From the NCBI GenBank assembly GCA_039638295.1, contig JBDIWJ010000035.1:1-20978 (forward strand): a stretch of DNA of 20,978 bases. Direction: 5' to 3'. Under the pieces are notes generated by a model, which searched no databases, had not been told where the DNA came from, and worked only from the letters and a program-made list of their open reading frames with translations. Below, piece by piece: positions 8,156 to 17,311 of this stretch (its first letter is position 1; the number at the start of each line of letters is the position of its first letter). The translations under genes were made by a program, and so were the position numbers. The stretch comes from Candidatus Phoenicimicrobium oleiphilum. Lineage in GTDB: Bacteria > Atribacterota > Phoenicimicrobiia > Phoenicimicrobiales > Phoenicimicrobiaceae.

Positions 8156-10807
8156 CTAATTTAGTTCTGCCCAATTATAGCCAGTCTTTAAATTAACTTT
8201 TAGAGGAACGGAAAGTTCTAAACTATGTTCCATAATATCTTTTACGAAATATTTTACTTCTTCTACTTCAGTTTTATAAACCTCAAATATTAATTCATCA
8301 TGAATTTGAAGAAGTAACTTAGTTTTAAGTCCTTTGTTCTTTAACAACCCATTAATTTTAATCATAGCTAACTTTATCAAATCTGCGGCACTACCCTGAA
8401 TAGGAGCATTAATGGCTATCCGTTCATTAAACTCTCTTATACTTCTATCCTGGCTATTTATACCATCTAAATATCTTCTTCGATTTAATAGGGTAACAAC
8501 ATAACCCTTTTTTCGGGCATCTTCTTTTTCCTTTTCAATATACTTTTTTACTCCCTGATATCTTTGGAAATAATTGTGAATATATTTTTCTGCCTCTTCT
8601 CTCCCTATCCCCAGGCTTCGAGCTAATCCATAACTACTCATACCATAAATAATTCCAAAATTTATCGTCTTAGCCATTCTCCTCATCTGTTCGTTAATTA
8701 AATCCTGATCAAGGTCAAATATATCTGCAGCAGTATGAGTATGAATATCTTCATCATTTCTAAAAGCAGTTATTAAACTTTCATCCTGTGAAAGATGAGC
8801 TAAAATACGTAATTCAATCTGGGAATAATCAGCTGATAATAGTATAAAATCTTCCTCGGGAATAAAAGCCCTTCTTATTTTTCTACCTATTTCGGTCCTG
8901 ATAGGAATATTCTGAAGATTTGGTTCGCTGCTGCTTAATCTTCCCGTAGAGGTAATAGTCTGATGAAAGGAAGTATGTATCCTTTTTGTATGGTCATTTA
9001 CTAAAAGGGGTAATTTTTCTATATAAGTATTTTTCAGTTTACATAATTCTCTGTATTCTAAGATAAAAGATACTATCTTATGTTGTGGAGCCAAAGTGCT
9101 AAGCACAAAAGAATTGGTAGAATAACCTGTTTTGGTCTTTTTAATCACCGGTAATTTCAATTTTTCAAAAAGTATTTTGCTTAGCTGCTTTGGAGAATTG
9201 ATATTGAATTTAGTTTCCGATAAATTATAGATATTCTCCTCTAATTCTATTAGCCGAGAATCCACTTGTGCAGACATTTTTTTTAAAAAATCAACATCTA
9301 CTTTAATTCCATTAATTTCCATCTCTGCTAATATTTTTACTAAAGGCATTTCGATTTCTTTAAATAAAGAAATTAATTCTTTTTCTTTTAATTTTTCCTC
9401 TAAAACTTCTTTTAACTTTAGGATTTTTTTAGCATTCTCACAAGCATTTTCTGTGTATTCAAAAGAATTTTCATTATTTTGTTTTTCTTTATTTTTCAAG
9501 TATCCTAAATATTCCCAGAATAAACTATTTAGATTGTATTCTTCTTTTGAGGGATTCAGCAAATAAGCAGCAACCATAGTATCAAAATTATCTCCCTTTA
9601 ATTCAATTTGATATCTATTCAAGACAATAAAACTATGTTTAAGATCATGCCCTATTTTTATAATTTTTTCATCTCTAAAAAATGGACCTAATTGTCTTAG
9701 GACTACACCTGAAGAAAGATACTTAAGTCTTTCCATTAAATTCAGGGGAGAGAGTGGTATATAAAAAGTTTCATTATTTTTAAAACTTATAGCGATTCCT
9801 AAGATCTGGGAAGAAACAGTATTATCGGAAGAAGTAATCAAATAGAACGAAAAATATTTATCCTTTTTAATTATATTGATTAACTCGTTCAATTTCTCTT
9901 TGGTTTCAACTAAGTTATATTTTATTTTTTTATTTTCTTGATTAATTTGAGGAGATATTTTTTTCACTAAATTCTTAAATTCTAATTTTTTAAATATTTT
10001 CAATAATTCTCCATAATTTGGAGATTTAATCCTAAAATCATCAAAATTATAGTCTATAGGTACATCAGTTACAATTGTGGCTAATTTCTTGCTCATTAAA
10101 ACTTGCTCTTTATATTTTATTAACTGTTCTCTTAATGATTTTTTAGATATTTTATCAATATCTTTAAATAGATTATTTAAATTACCATATTTTTTAATTA
10201 AGTTTATCGCTGTCTTTTCTCCTATGCCTGGAACTCCAGGAATGTTATCAGAAGAATCTCCTTTTAAAGCAATTATATCTACTATTTTATCAGGTTTCAC
10301 TCCATATTTATTTCTTATACTTTCTTCATCATATATTTTGACTTCAGTTATTCCTTTGATAGTAGTTACTACTTTAGTAAAGGGAGAAATTAGTTGGAAG
10401 ATATCTTTGTCACCGGTGACAATTAATGTATTATAATTTCTTTTTTCTGCCTTTTTTACCATTGTCCCAATAATATCATCTGCCTCATACTCCTCTTTAG
10501 AACAGATAGAAATATTGTAATTGTGAATTATTTCTTCAACCAATGGAATTTGAGTCATTAGTTCATCAGGCATCTTCTTACGATGAATCTTATAACCTTC
10601 AAATTCTTTATGTCGAAAGGTAGGCTTAGGTGTATCAAAGGCAACCATAATATAATCGGGTTTTTCTTCTTCTATTAACTTTACCAATATCATTGTAAAT
10701 CCATATACTGCATTTATAATTTGTCCATAAGAAGTAGTTAATCGGGGTAAAGCATAAAAAGTCCGATAAAGTAATCCTTGCCCATCAATTATAATGAATT
10801 TTTTCAT
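8156..10807 (-). CDS. polA: DNA polymerase I
   Basis: 883 aa. 5'-3' exonuclease motifs (EADDIIGT, GDSSDNIPGVPGIGEKTA) and polymerase motifs TGRLSSSEPNLQNIP, DYSQIELR, AKTINFGIIYG and QIHDEL. Confidence 0.99.
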   Translation of the reverse strand: MKKFIIIDGQGLLYRTFYALPRLTTSYGQIINAVYGFTMILVKLIEEEKPDYIMVAFDTPKPTFRHKEFEGYKIHRKKMPDELMTQIPLVEEIIHNYNISICSKEEYEADDIIGTMVKKAEKRNYNTLIVTGDKDIFQLISPFTKVVTTIKGITEVKIYDEESIRNKYGVKPDKIVDIIALKGDSSDNIPGVPGIGEKTAINLIKKYGNLNNLFKDIDKISKKSLREQLIKYKEQVLMSKKLATIVTDVPIDYNFDDFRIKSPNYGELLKIFKKLEFKNLVKKISPQINQENKKIKYNLVETKEKLNELINIIKKDKYFSFYLITSSDNTVSSQILGIAISFKNNETFYIPLSPLNLMERLKYLSSGVVLRQLGPFFRDEKIIKIGHDLKHSFIVLNRYQIELKGDNFDTMVAAYLLNPSKEEYNLNSLFWEYLGYLKNKEKQNNENSFEYTENACENAKKILKLKEVLEEKLKEKELISLFKEIEMPLVKILAEMEINGIKVDVDFLKKMSAQVDSRLIELEENIYNLSETKFNINSPKQLSKILFEKLKLPVIKKTKTGYSTNSFVLSTLAPQHKIVSFILEYRELCKLKNTYIEKLPLLVNDHTKRIHTSFHQTITSTGRLSSSEPNLQNIPIRTEIGRKIRRAFIPEEDFILLSADYSQIELRILAHLSQDESLITAFRNDEDIHTHTAADIFDLDQDLINEQMRRMAKTINFGIIYGMSSYGLARSLGIGREEAEKYIHNYFQRYQGVKKYIEKEKEDARKKGYVVTLLNRRRYLDGINSQDRSIREFNERIAINAPIQGSAADLIKLAMIKINGLLKNKGLKTKLLLQIHDELIFEVYKTEVEEVKYFVKDIMEHSLELSVPLKVNLKTGYNWAELN

Positions 10808-10844
10808 ATTATTTGGAACCTATTTTTCTTTCTATAAATTTTTC

Positions 10845-10873
10845 TTGACAATAAATATAAGTTAACCTATAAT
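10845..10873 (+). promoter_or_regulatory. Consensus sigma70 promoter for tRNA-Leu
   Basis: TTGACA (10845-10850), 17 bp, TATAAT (10868-10873), ending 23 bp upstream of the tRNA. Confidence 0.88.
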
Positions 10874-10896
10874 TTCTTTACAAGAAAGCTATATAA

Positions 10897-10985
10897 GCCG
10901 AAGTGGCGAAATTGGTAGACGCACTGGACTCAAAATCCAGCGAGCCTTTAAGCTCATGTCGGTTCGACTCCGACCTTCGGCACCA
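10897..10985 (+). tRNA. tRNA-Leu (anticodon CAA)
   Basis: Acceptor stem GCCGAAG/CTTCGGC, D-loop TTGGTAGAC, anticodon arm CTGGA-CTCAAAA-TCCAG, long variable arm, GGTTCGACTCC T-arm, discriminator A and encoded CCA. Confidence 0.98.
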
Positions 10986-11054
10986 TCATTTCGTATCTTG
11001 TTGTTCGTATCTTGTATCTCGTTTTCTAGCAAATAACTTAGAGTTTTCCTCTTA

Positions 11055-11170
11055 TGTCATTACGAGCGACCATAGGGAGCGTGGCAATCTCATTGAGATT
11101 GCTTCGTCACTTCGTTCTTCGCAACGACACTCGGTGTTATGTCATTGCGAGCGTCAGCGATGCAATCTCA
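11055..11170. repeat. Cluster of three alternating palindromic units (TGTCATTGCGAG...GCAATCTCA family)
   Basis: Forward unit 11055-11092, reverse unit 11094-11129, forward unit 11140-11170. Enclosed by heptamer arms at about 10990-11023 and 11204-11223. Confidence 0.8.
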
Positions 11171-11223
11171 AAATTATCTTACTTTAGTTAACTTAGCACT
11201 AGTTACGATTCACGAGATACAAG

Positions 11224-11451
11224 TTAATTATCGTTATCTAATAAACTATCATCATAAAGTAAGGCTTGACTAACTACATCTATAGCTTCTTGAACTTCAC
11301 ACTTAGGCACTAAAATCTCTACATTTCCATTTAACTCATCTTGGCTTATCTCCAACTGATTTAAAATAGTTACAATTCCTTTTTCTTTTAAAATTTTCTC
11401 AATATTCTTTGCTAAAGAAATATCTTTGGCAACATATATCACTTTCCACAT
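11224..11451 (-). CDS. Small conserved hypothetical protein, DUF2007-like
   Basis: 75 aa with GAGG RBS, directly downstream of dnaE. The MWxVIY...L..xGI...VEILVP..E...A pattern resembles small DUF2007-type proteins. Confidence 0.75.
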   Translation of the reverse strand: MWKVIYVAKDISLAKNIEKILKEKGIVTILNQLEISQDELNGNVEILVPKCEVQEAIDVVSQALLYDDSLLDNDN

Positions 11452-11478
11452 CTCAAATAAACCTCTAAGAATAATTTT

Positions 11479-14400
11479 TTAGTTATTTGCTATTTGTTCT
11501 ACCCATACTTTTTCATTTCCTAAAATATATCTTATTTTTCTAACTAATTCATCATTAATATTTACTGAATATTTTTTATCGATAGCATGTAGTATAGTTT
11601 TTTCTTTTTCTTTAAAGTGGAGTATTATCTGACTTTTCCCGGGATAAGTACAAAATATTTCTTTTAAATTTACTAAAAGATCTGGTTTGTTATTAGATGA
11701 ATTGATTTCAAGGTGAAGTTCTTCCAAAAAATCTTGTTTACCTTCTTCCTCTTTTAATGTAGATTCTTCTTCCAAATATTTATTTAGAGGAGATATATCC
11801 TCAGCGATTAATTTCACTTTTCCTTCCGCTATATCTAAACGACCTTTAATTATTACAATTTCTTCTTTCATTATCAATTCTTTATGCTCTTCATAAACTT
11901 TGGGAAAAACTATTACTTCAACTGTACCCTCTAAATCTTCTAAAGAAATAAATACCATAAGATTTCCATTCTTAGTGCTTTTTCTTTTAAAATTATTAAT
12001 TACTCCTCCCAAAATCACTTTACTTTTATCTGGTAAATTCTTTAAACCGACAGAAGTAGAGGTTATAATCTTCTGTAATTTTTCCTGATAATTATCCAGA
12101 GGGTGATAAGAAATATATAATCCTAACATCTCTTTCTCCATAGCTAAAAGCTCACTCTGGGAAAATTCGGGTATATCTGGCATTTTTTCTCGTTGATTAA
12201 TACTTATATATTTTTTACGGGGTTCTTTAAATAAATCAAATATCGAGGTTTGACCATTCTTCTGGGCTTTTTGGTATTCTTGACCGCTCTTCATAGTATC
12301 ATCTAAAATTTCCAATAATTGAGATCTTCTTACTTCTAATGAATCAAAAGCACCACATTTTATTAAACTTTCAATAACTCTTTTATTAACTAATCTTAAA
12401 TCTACTCTTTGGCAAAAATCAAGCAAGGAAGTGAAATTAGAATTTTTTTTGCGTTCTTTGATTATACTTTTTATAGCTTTTTCTCCAACATTTTTTACTG
12501 CAGCTAATCCAAAACGAATAGCTTTTTCTCCAACTACTGTGAAATTTACTAGGCTTTGATTTATATCAGGCGGCAGGATATCAATATTCATATTTTTACA
12601 TTCCTTTATATAGAGAGCGACTTTATCATTATTGCCCATTATACTAGTAAGTAGAGAAGACATATATTCTACAGGATAATGAGTTTTTAAATAGGCTGTC
12701 TGGTAAGAAATAAAGGCATAAGAGACACTGTGAGATTTATTAAAACCATATCCGGCAAAATAAGCAATTAGGTCAAATATTTCCGTTGCAGAACTTTTCC
12801 TAATACCTTTCTTTTGGGCACCTTTTATAAAAATTTCACGTTGTTTTTCCATAACTACTTTTTGTTTTTTCCCCATAGCTTTACGTAAAATGTCTGCTTG
12901 ACCTAAGGTAAAACCGGCTAACTCGCTGGCAATCTTCATAACTTGTTCTTGATAAACGATTACTCCATAAGTTTCTTTTAATATAGATTCCAATCGGGGA
13001 TGAGGGTATCTAATCTTTACAATTCCTTTCTTTCGATTAATAAAATCTTCAATCATTCCACTACCTAAAGGTCCTGGTCTGTATAATGCTAATAGTGCAG
13101 CAATATCTTCTATGCTCTCAGGTTTTAATCTTTTAACTAAATCTCTCATTCCTTCGCTTTCTAATTGAAAAATACCAGCACAGTTTCCTTGGGAAAGCAT
13201 TCTATATACTAGCTTGTCATCTAAAGGAATCCGATCTATGTCAACTTCTTTTCCCTGAGTATGTTTTATAATTTCTAAGGTATTACTTATTACAGTTAAA
13301 GTACGTAAGCCTAAAAAATCCATTTTTAATAAACCTAGCTCTTCTAATTCCGTCATAGCATACTGGGTACATATTTCACTTTCAGTGGTATTTTGTAATG
13401 GAACATAATCAGTTAGAGGTTTCTGAGAAAGTACTATACCAGCAGCGTGAGTAGAGGCGTGTCGAGCTAAACCCTCTAATGAGGAAGCTATATCTATTAA
13501 TTTTTTTATATTTTTGTCTTTCTTCATTAAATCTTTAAGCCGGCTTTCCATATTTAAAGCTTTTTCGATGGTAATATTAGGTTCCCAGGGAATCATTTTT
13601 GCAATAGTATCTACCTGAGAATAAGGAACACCCAGCGCCCTTCCTACATCTCGAATAGCAGCTCTTGCAGCCATAGTCCCGAAAGTAATAATCTGAGCCA
13701 CCTTATCTTCTCCATACTTTTTAGAAACATATTCTATCACTTCTTCTCTCCGCTCGTAACAAAAATCAATATCAAAATCGGGCATGCTAATTCTTTCGGG
13801 ATTTAAAAACCTTTCAAATAATAGTCCATAAGTCATGGGATCCACATTAGTTATCTTTAAACAATAGGCAACCAAACTACCTGCAGCAGAACCCCGTCCA
13901 GGCCCAACCATAATATTTTTTTCTTTAGCATATCTTACAAAATCCCAAACAATTAAAAAATAAGGAACAAACTCCATTTTTTCAATAACTGAAAGCTCAT
14001 ATTCCAATCTATCTTCTAATTCTTTGGTGATAATTGGATATCTCTCTTTAAGTCCTTGGTAACAAAGTTCTTTTAAATAACTGTTTATATTATAATTTTG
14101 GGGCACACTGAATTCGGGCAGCTGAGCTTGTTTAAAATTAATTTCTAAATTACATTTTTCAGCAATACGAATAGTATTTTCTATAGCTTGAGGTATTTCT
14201 GAAAAGTTCTGATTCATTTCTTCAGGGGAGCAAAAATAAAATTTGTCTGTAGCAAATTTTAAACGCTTGGGGTCATCTAAATTGGTAGCAGTCTGGATAC
14301 AAAGCAATATTTCGTGAGCTGATGCATCTTCTTTTTTAATATAATGAATATCACTGCTTGCTACAAGAGGAATTGAAAGTTCTTGTCCTATTTTTATGAG

Positions 14401-14973
14401 ATTCTCATTAACAATCTCTTGTTCCGGAATACCATTTTTTTGTAATTCTAAATAAAAATTATCTTCTCCAAAGATATTAACAAAATCAACTGTGACTTCT
14501 TTAGCTCTATTTATATTATTTTGTAAAATATAGTAGGGAATCTCACCCTTTAAACAAGCAGATAACCCAATTAATCCTTTACTATATTCCCTTAATATTT
14601 CTTTATCAATTCTTGGTTTATAGTAAAATCCCTCCAAATAAGATAAAGTAACTAATTTCATTAAATTTTTATAACCTTCATTATTCTTGGCTAATAAGAT
14701 TAAATGATAAGGAGTTTCTTTTCTTTGGGTAGATTTATCAAATCTACTATTGGGGGCAACATACACTTCACAGCCAATTATAGGCTTTACTCCTTGCCGA
14801 ATAGCTTCTTTATAGAATTGAATCACTCCATACATAACTCCATGATCAGTAATAGCTAAAGCAGGCATTTTATATTTTTTAGCTTTTGCCACCAATTCTT
14901 TAATCCTACAGGCACCATCTAATAAGCTGTATTCAGTATGGACATGTAGGTGAACAAAGTTTGAATGCCACAC
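11479..14973 (-). CDS. dnaE: DNA polymerase III alpha subunit
   Basis: 1164 aa. PHP domain (FVHLHVHTEYSLLDGA, AITDHG), GPGRGSAAGS, catalytic PDFDIDF, KMDFLGL, GFNKSHS and OB fold. GTG start. Confidence 0.99.
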   Translation of the reverse strand: MWHSNFVHLHVHTEYSLLDGACRIKELVAKAKKYKMPALAITDHGVMYGVIQFYKEAIRQGVKPIIGCEVYVAPNSRFDKSTQRKETPYHLILLAKNNEGYKNLMKLVTLSYLEGFYYKPRIDKEILREYSKGLIGLSACLKGEIPYYILQNNINRAKEVTVDFVNIFGEDNFYLELQKNGIPEQEIVNENLIKIGQELSIPLVASSDIHYIKKEDASAHEILLCIQTATNLDDPKRLKFATDKFYFCSPEEMNQNFSEIPQAIENTIRIAEKCNLEINFKQAQLPEFSVPQNYNINSYLKELCYQGLKERYPIITKELEDRLEYELSVIEKMEFVPYFLIVWDFVRYAKEKNIMVGPGRGSAAGSLVAYCLKITNVDPMTYGLLFERFLNPERISMPDFDIDFCYERREEVIEYVSKKYGEDKVAQIITFGTMAARAAIRDVGRALGVPYSQVDTIAKMIPWEPNITIEKALNMESRLKDLMKKDKNIKKLIDIASSLEGLARHASTHAAGIVLSQKPLTDYVPLQNTTESEICTQYAMTELEELGLLKMDFLGLRTLTVISNTLEIIKHTQGKEVDIDRIPLDDKLVYRMLSQGNCAGIFQLESEGMRDLVKRLKPESIEDIAALLALYRPGPLGSGMIEDFINRKKGIVKIRYPHPRLESILKETYGVIVYQEQVMKIASELAGFTLGQADILRKAMGKKQKVVMEKQREIFIKGAQKKGIRKSSATEIFDLIAYFAGYGFNKSHSVSYAFISYQTAYLKTHYPVEYMSSLLTSIMGNNDKVALYIKECKNMNIDILPPDINQSLVNFTVVGEKAIRFGLAAVKNVGEKAIKSIIKERKKNSNFTSLLDFCQRVDLRLVNKRVIESLIKCGAFDSLEVRRSQLLEILDDTMKSGQEYQKAQKNGQTSIFDLFKEPRKKYISINQREKMPDIPEFSQSELLAMEKEMLGLYISYHPLDNYQEKLQKIITSTSVGLKNLPDKSKVILGGVINNFKRKSTKNGNLMVFISLEDLEGTVEVIVFPKVYEEHKELIMKEEIVIIKGRLDIAEGKVKLIAEDISPLNKYLEEESTLKEEEGKQDFLEELHLEINSSNNKPDLLVNLKEIFCTYPGKSQIILHFKEKEKTILHAIDKKYSVNINDELVRKIRYILGNEKVWVEQIANN

Positions 14974-15050
14974 GTAAAAACCCCCAGATTTAATTCGTAT
15001 CTCGTATCTCGTAATAGTATAGCGTAGAGCGTATAGCGTATAGGAATACA

Positions 15051-15263
15051 GTATCGAGTATCGAGTATATAGTTAAGAAAGAAACTGTCCAACTGATAAA
15101 ACAATATTGAGCGAATAATTAATAAACATCTTTAACCACTTCTATTCCTGCTTGCCAGATTCTCAAATCTTGAAAGTTTTTTATCCTTTCAGCTATTCTT
15201 CTCTTTCTTTTTTCTCCTCACTATATACTCGATACTTGATACTGGATACTCGATACTCGATAC
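15051..15263 (-). mobile_element. MITE-like cassette copy 1 carrying a four-helix-bundle 5' fragment
   Basis: Perfect 16-bp inverted repeats GTATCGAGTATATAGT (15058-15073) and ACTATATACTCGATAC (15220-15235), each extended by heptamer arrays. The interior is homologous to 17328-17520 in inverted orientation. Mobility is inferred. Confidence 0.7.
15119..15196 (-). pseudogene. Four-helix-bundle protein N-terminal fragment
   Basis: Reads (I)AERIKNFQDLRIWQAGIEVVKDVY*, matching the family F.DL.(I/V)WQ....V..(I/V)Y N-terminus. ATA stands where ATG is expected. Confidence 0.75.
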
Positions 15264-15269
15264 AGTTTT

Positions 15270-16301
15270 TTATTTAAAAAATACCTGGGCTAATTCCCAC
15301 CATTTTTTATCTACAGTTTTAAGTTTGCTAACCGCTTCTTTTAAAGGCACCCCTGTTACTTCATTCCCTTTAAGAGCAGCCATATAACCGAATTTTCCTT
15401 GGGCAATCAAATCTACCGCAGTAACTCCACACCTAAGGCCTAAAATACGATCAAAAAGTGTAGGAGAACCTCCCCTTTGAATATGGCCAATTACTGCATA
15501 GCGAGTTTCTATCCCTGTTTTTTCTTCAATCAAATCTGCTAGAAGATTACCTACCCCTCTTTTACGTAAAATCATATGTCCAAATTGATCTAATTCCTCT
15601 TTTCCGGTTTCTATGCCAGGGAGAATTACTCCTTCTGATATCACTACAGAAGCGTACTTTTTCTTTTTATATACTTCTTTTAAATGCTGGCACATTTTCT
15701 CTATATCTATTTCTCCCTCGGGAATTAAGGTCCAATCTGCCCCTGAACCAAGACCAGTAAACAGAGCTACCCAACCAGCATGTCTCCCCATTACCTCTAA
15801 AATCATTATTCTCCGATGAGAAAGACCAGTATCTTGAAGACTCTTCATAGCCTGAATTGCCCAGGTAACCGAACTATCAAATCCAAAAGTATAATCAGTA
15901 CCACTAAGATCATTATCCATAGTTTTGGGAGCTCCAACTAATTTTATATCCTCTTCTTGAAATAATCTATTAGCAACTCCCAAAGTATCTTCTCCTCCAA
16001 TTGCTAAAACTGCATCTATCTTAAAACTTTTCAGGGAATTAAGTACTTTCTTAACTCCATTGTCTACTTTGTAGGGGTTTAATCTTGAAGTACCTAAAAT
16101 AGTACCACCTTTGTCTACTATTTCTTCTACCTCATTTATGCTTAAGGGCTTCATTTCACCCATTACCAGTCCTTTCCAACCTTCCTGGATTCCATAAACT
16201 TCATAATTATAATCTTTTGCCCTATATACTGCTCCCCTAATAGTTGGATTTAATCCCGGGCAATCTCCCCCACCAGTTAAAATAGCTATTCTTTTAATCA
16301 T
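15270..16301 (-). CDS. pfkA: Phosphofructokinase, group III, probably pyrophosphate-dependent
   Basis: TGGGDCPGLN, GGTILGTSR, GGEDT, PKTMDND, EVMGRHAG and GHIQRGG motifs. Probable start MIKRIAIL at 16301, just after the fba stop. Confidence 0.93.
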   Translation of the reverse strand: MIKRIAILTGGGDCPGLNPTIRGAVYRAKDYNYEVYGIQEGWKGLVMGEMKPLSINEVEEIVDKGGTILGTSRLNPYKVDNGVKKVLNSLKSFKIDAVLAIGGEDTLGVANRLFQEEDIKLVGAPKTMDNDLSGTDYTFGFDSSVTWAIQAMKSLQDTGLSHRRIMILEVMGRHAGWVALFTGLGSGADWTLIPEGEIDIEKMCQHLKEVYKKKKYASVVISEGVILPGIETGKEELDQFGHMILRKRGVGNLLADLIEEKTGIETRYAVIGHIQRGGSPTLFDRILGLRCGVTAVDLIAQGKFGYMAALKGNEVTGVPLKEAVSKLKTVDKKWWELAQVFFK

Positions 16302-16306
16302 ATTTA

Positions 16307-17173
16307 TCACGCCTTTCCACTGCAACCAAAAACTCTCATTCTATCGCGAATAATTTCTTTGGCTGCTTCTTTTGCTGGACCTAATATTTTACGTGGATCT
16401 ATCTCTTCCGGGTTCATTTTTATTATTTCTTTAATTTTTTCGGTAAATTTCATCCGGATTCGTGTATCTATATTAATCTTACATATCCCTGCCGCAATAC
16501 CTTTTTTAACTTCTTCATCATTAACCCCCGAGGCTCCATGCAAAACTAAAGGTACTCCTGTTAATTCTCTTATTTTTTCAATTCGAGCAATATCTAATTT
16601 TGCAAAAGGTGTACGGCAACCATGAATTGTACCCACAGCAGCTGCTAGTGAGTCTATCTCGGTTAATTCAACAAATTTTGCTGCTTCCTCAGGCTTAGCC
16701 ATTGTCTCTTTTACTTTTTCCAAAGCAACTCCTGGCTCATCACTATCACCCATTTTCCCTATTTGTCCTAATTCTGCTTCTACTGGAATATCGCAAGTAT
16801 GAGCCATCTCCACAACTTTTTTAGTCATTTTAACATTATCATCAAAAGGTAATTTTGAACCATCAAACATTAAGGAAGTAAAACCTGCCCTTAAGCATTT
16901 TATGTTTTGATAATAATCTGTTCCATGGTCTAAATGCAAAGCTACTGGTATACTTGCTTTTTCAGCTTCAACTTTTACCATAGCTACAATAATATCTAAT
17001 CCTGCATATTTTATAGCACCCTGGGAAGCTTGCAAGATTACTGGAGCCCTTTCTTCTTCAGCAGTTTCTATTATCGCTTGGATAATCTCCATATTATTAG
17101 CGTTAAAAGCTCCTACTGCATACCTTTCCTTTTGAGCTTTTTTTAACATTTCCTTGGTAGTTACTAAAGCCAT
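16307..17173 (-). CDS. fba: Class II fructose-1,6-bisphosphate aldolase
   Basis: YAVGAFN, ALHLDHG, SLMFDGS, VEAELG, GTIHG, LVLHGASG, KINIDT and DPRK motifs. Probable start MALVTT at 17173 with AAGGGG RBS. Confidence 0.96.
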   Translation of the reverse strand: MALVTTKEMLKKAQKERYAVGAFNANNMEIIQAIIETAEEERAPVILQASQGAIKYAGLDIIVAMVKVEAEKASIPVALHLDHGTDYYQNIKCLRAGFTSLMFDGSKLPFDDNVKMTKKVVEMAHTCDIPVEAELGQIGKMGDSDEPGVALEKVKETMAKPEEAAKFVELTEIDSLAAAVGTIHGCRTPFAKLDIARIEKIRELTGVPLVLHGASGVNDEEVKKGIAAGICKINIDTRIRMKFTEKIKEIIKMNPEEIDPRKILGPAKEAAKEIIRDRMRVFGCSGKA

Positions 17174-17273
17174 CGTTCTTTCCCCTTTCATTCATTTATA
17201 TTATTTCTTATACTTAATTGTCTATAAATACCCTCTTCTTCTGACTCAAACTGATAGTTTTTAAATTTTATTT

Positions 17274-17302
17274 ATTATAACTTGTTTATTTTTTCATTTC
17301 AA
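17274..17302 (-). promoter_or_regulatory. Sigma70-type promoter for fba-pfk
   Basis: Minus strand reads TTGAAA-17 bp-TATAAT. Confidence 0.7.
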
Positions 17303-17311
17303 GGGAATTAT

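Noticed and set aside
10903..11187. 94-aa plus-strand ORF
   Set aside because: It is a translation of tRNA-Leu and the downstream repeats.
10897..11223. Prophage or island integrated at tRNA-Leu
   Set aside because: No integrase and no duplicated tRNA 3' end are seen, and the flanking genes are housekeeping.
14990..15263. Repeat arrays as a CRISPR array
   Set aside because: The units are 7 bp and tandem, with no 23-47-bp repeats separated by unique spacers and no cas genes.
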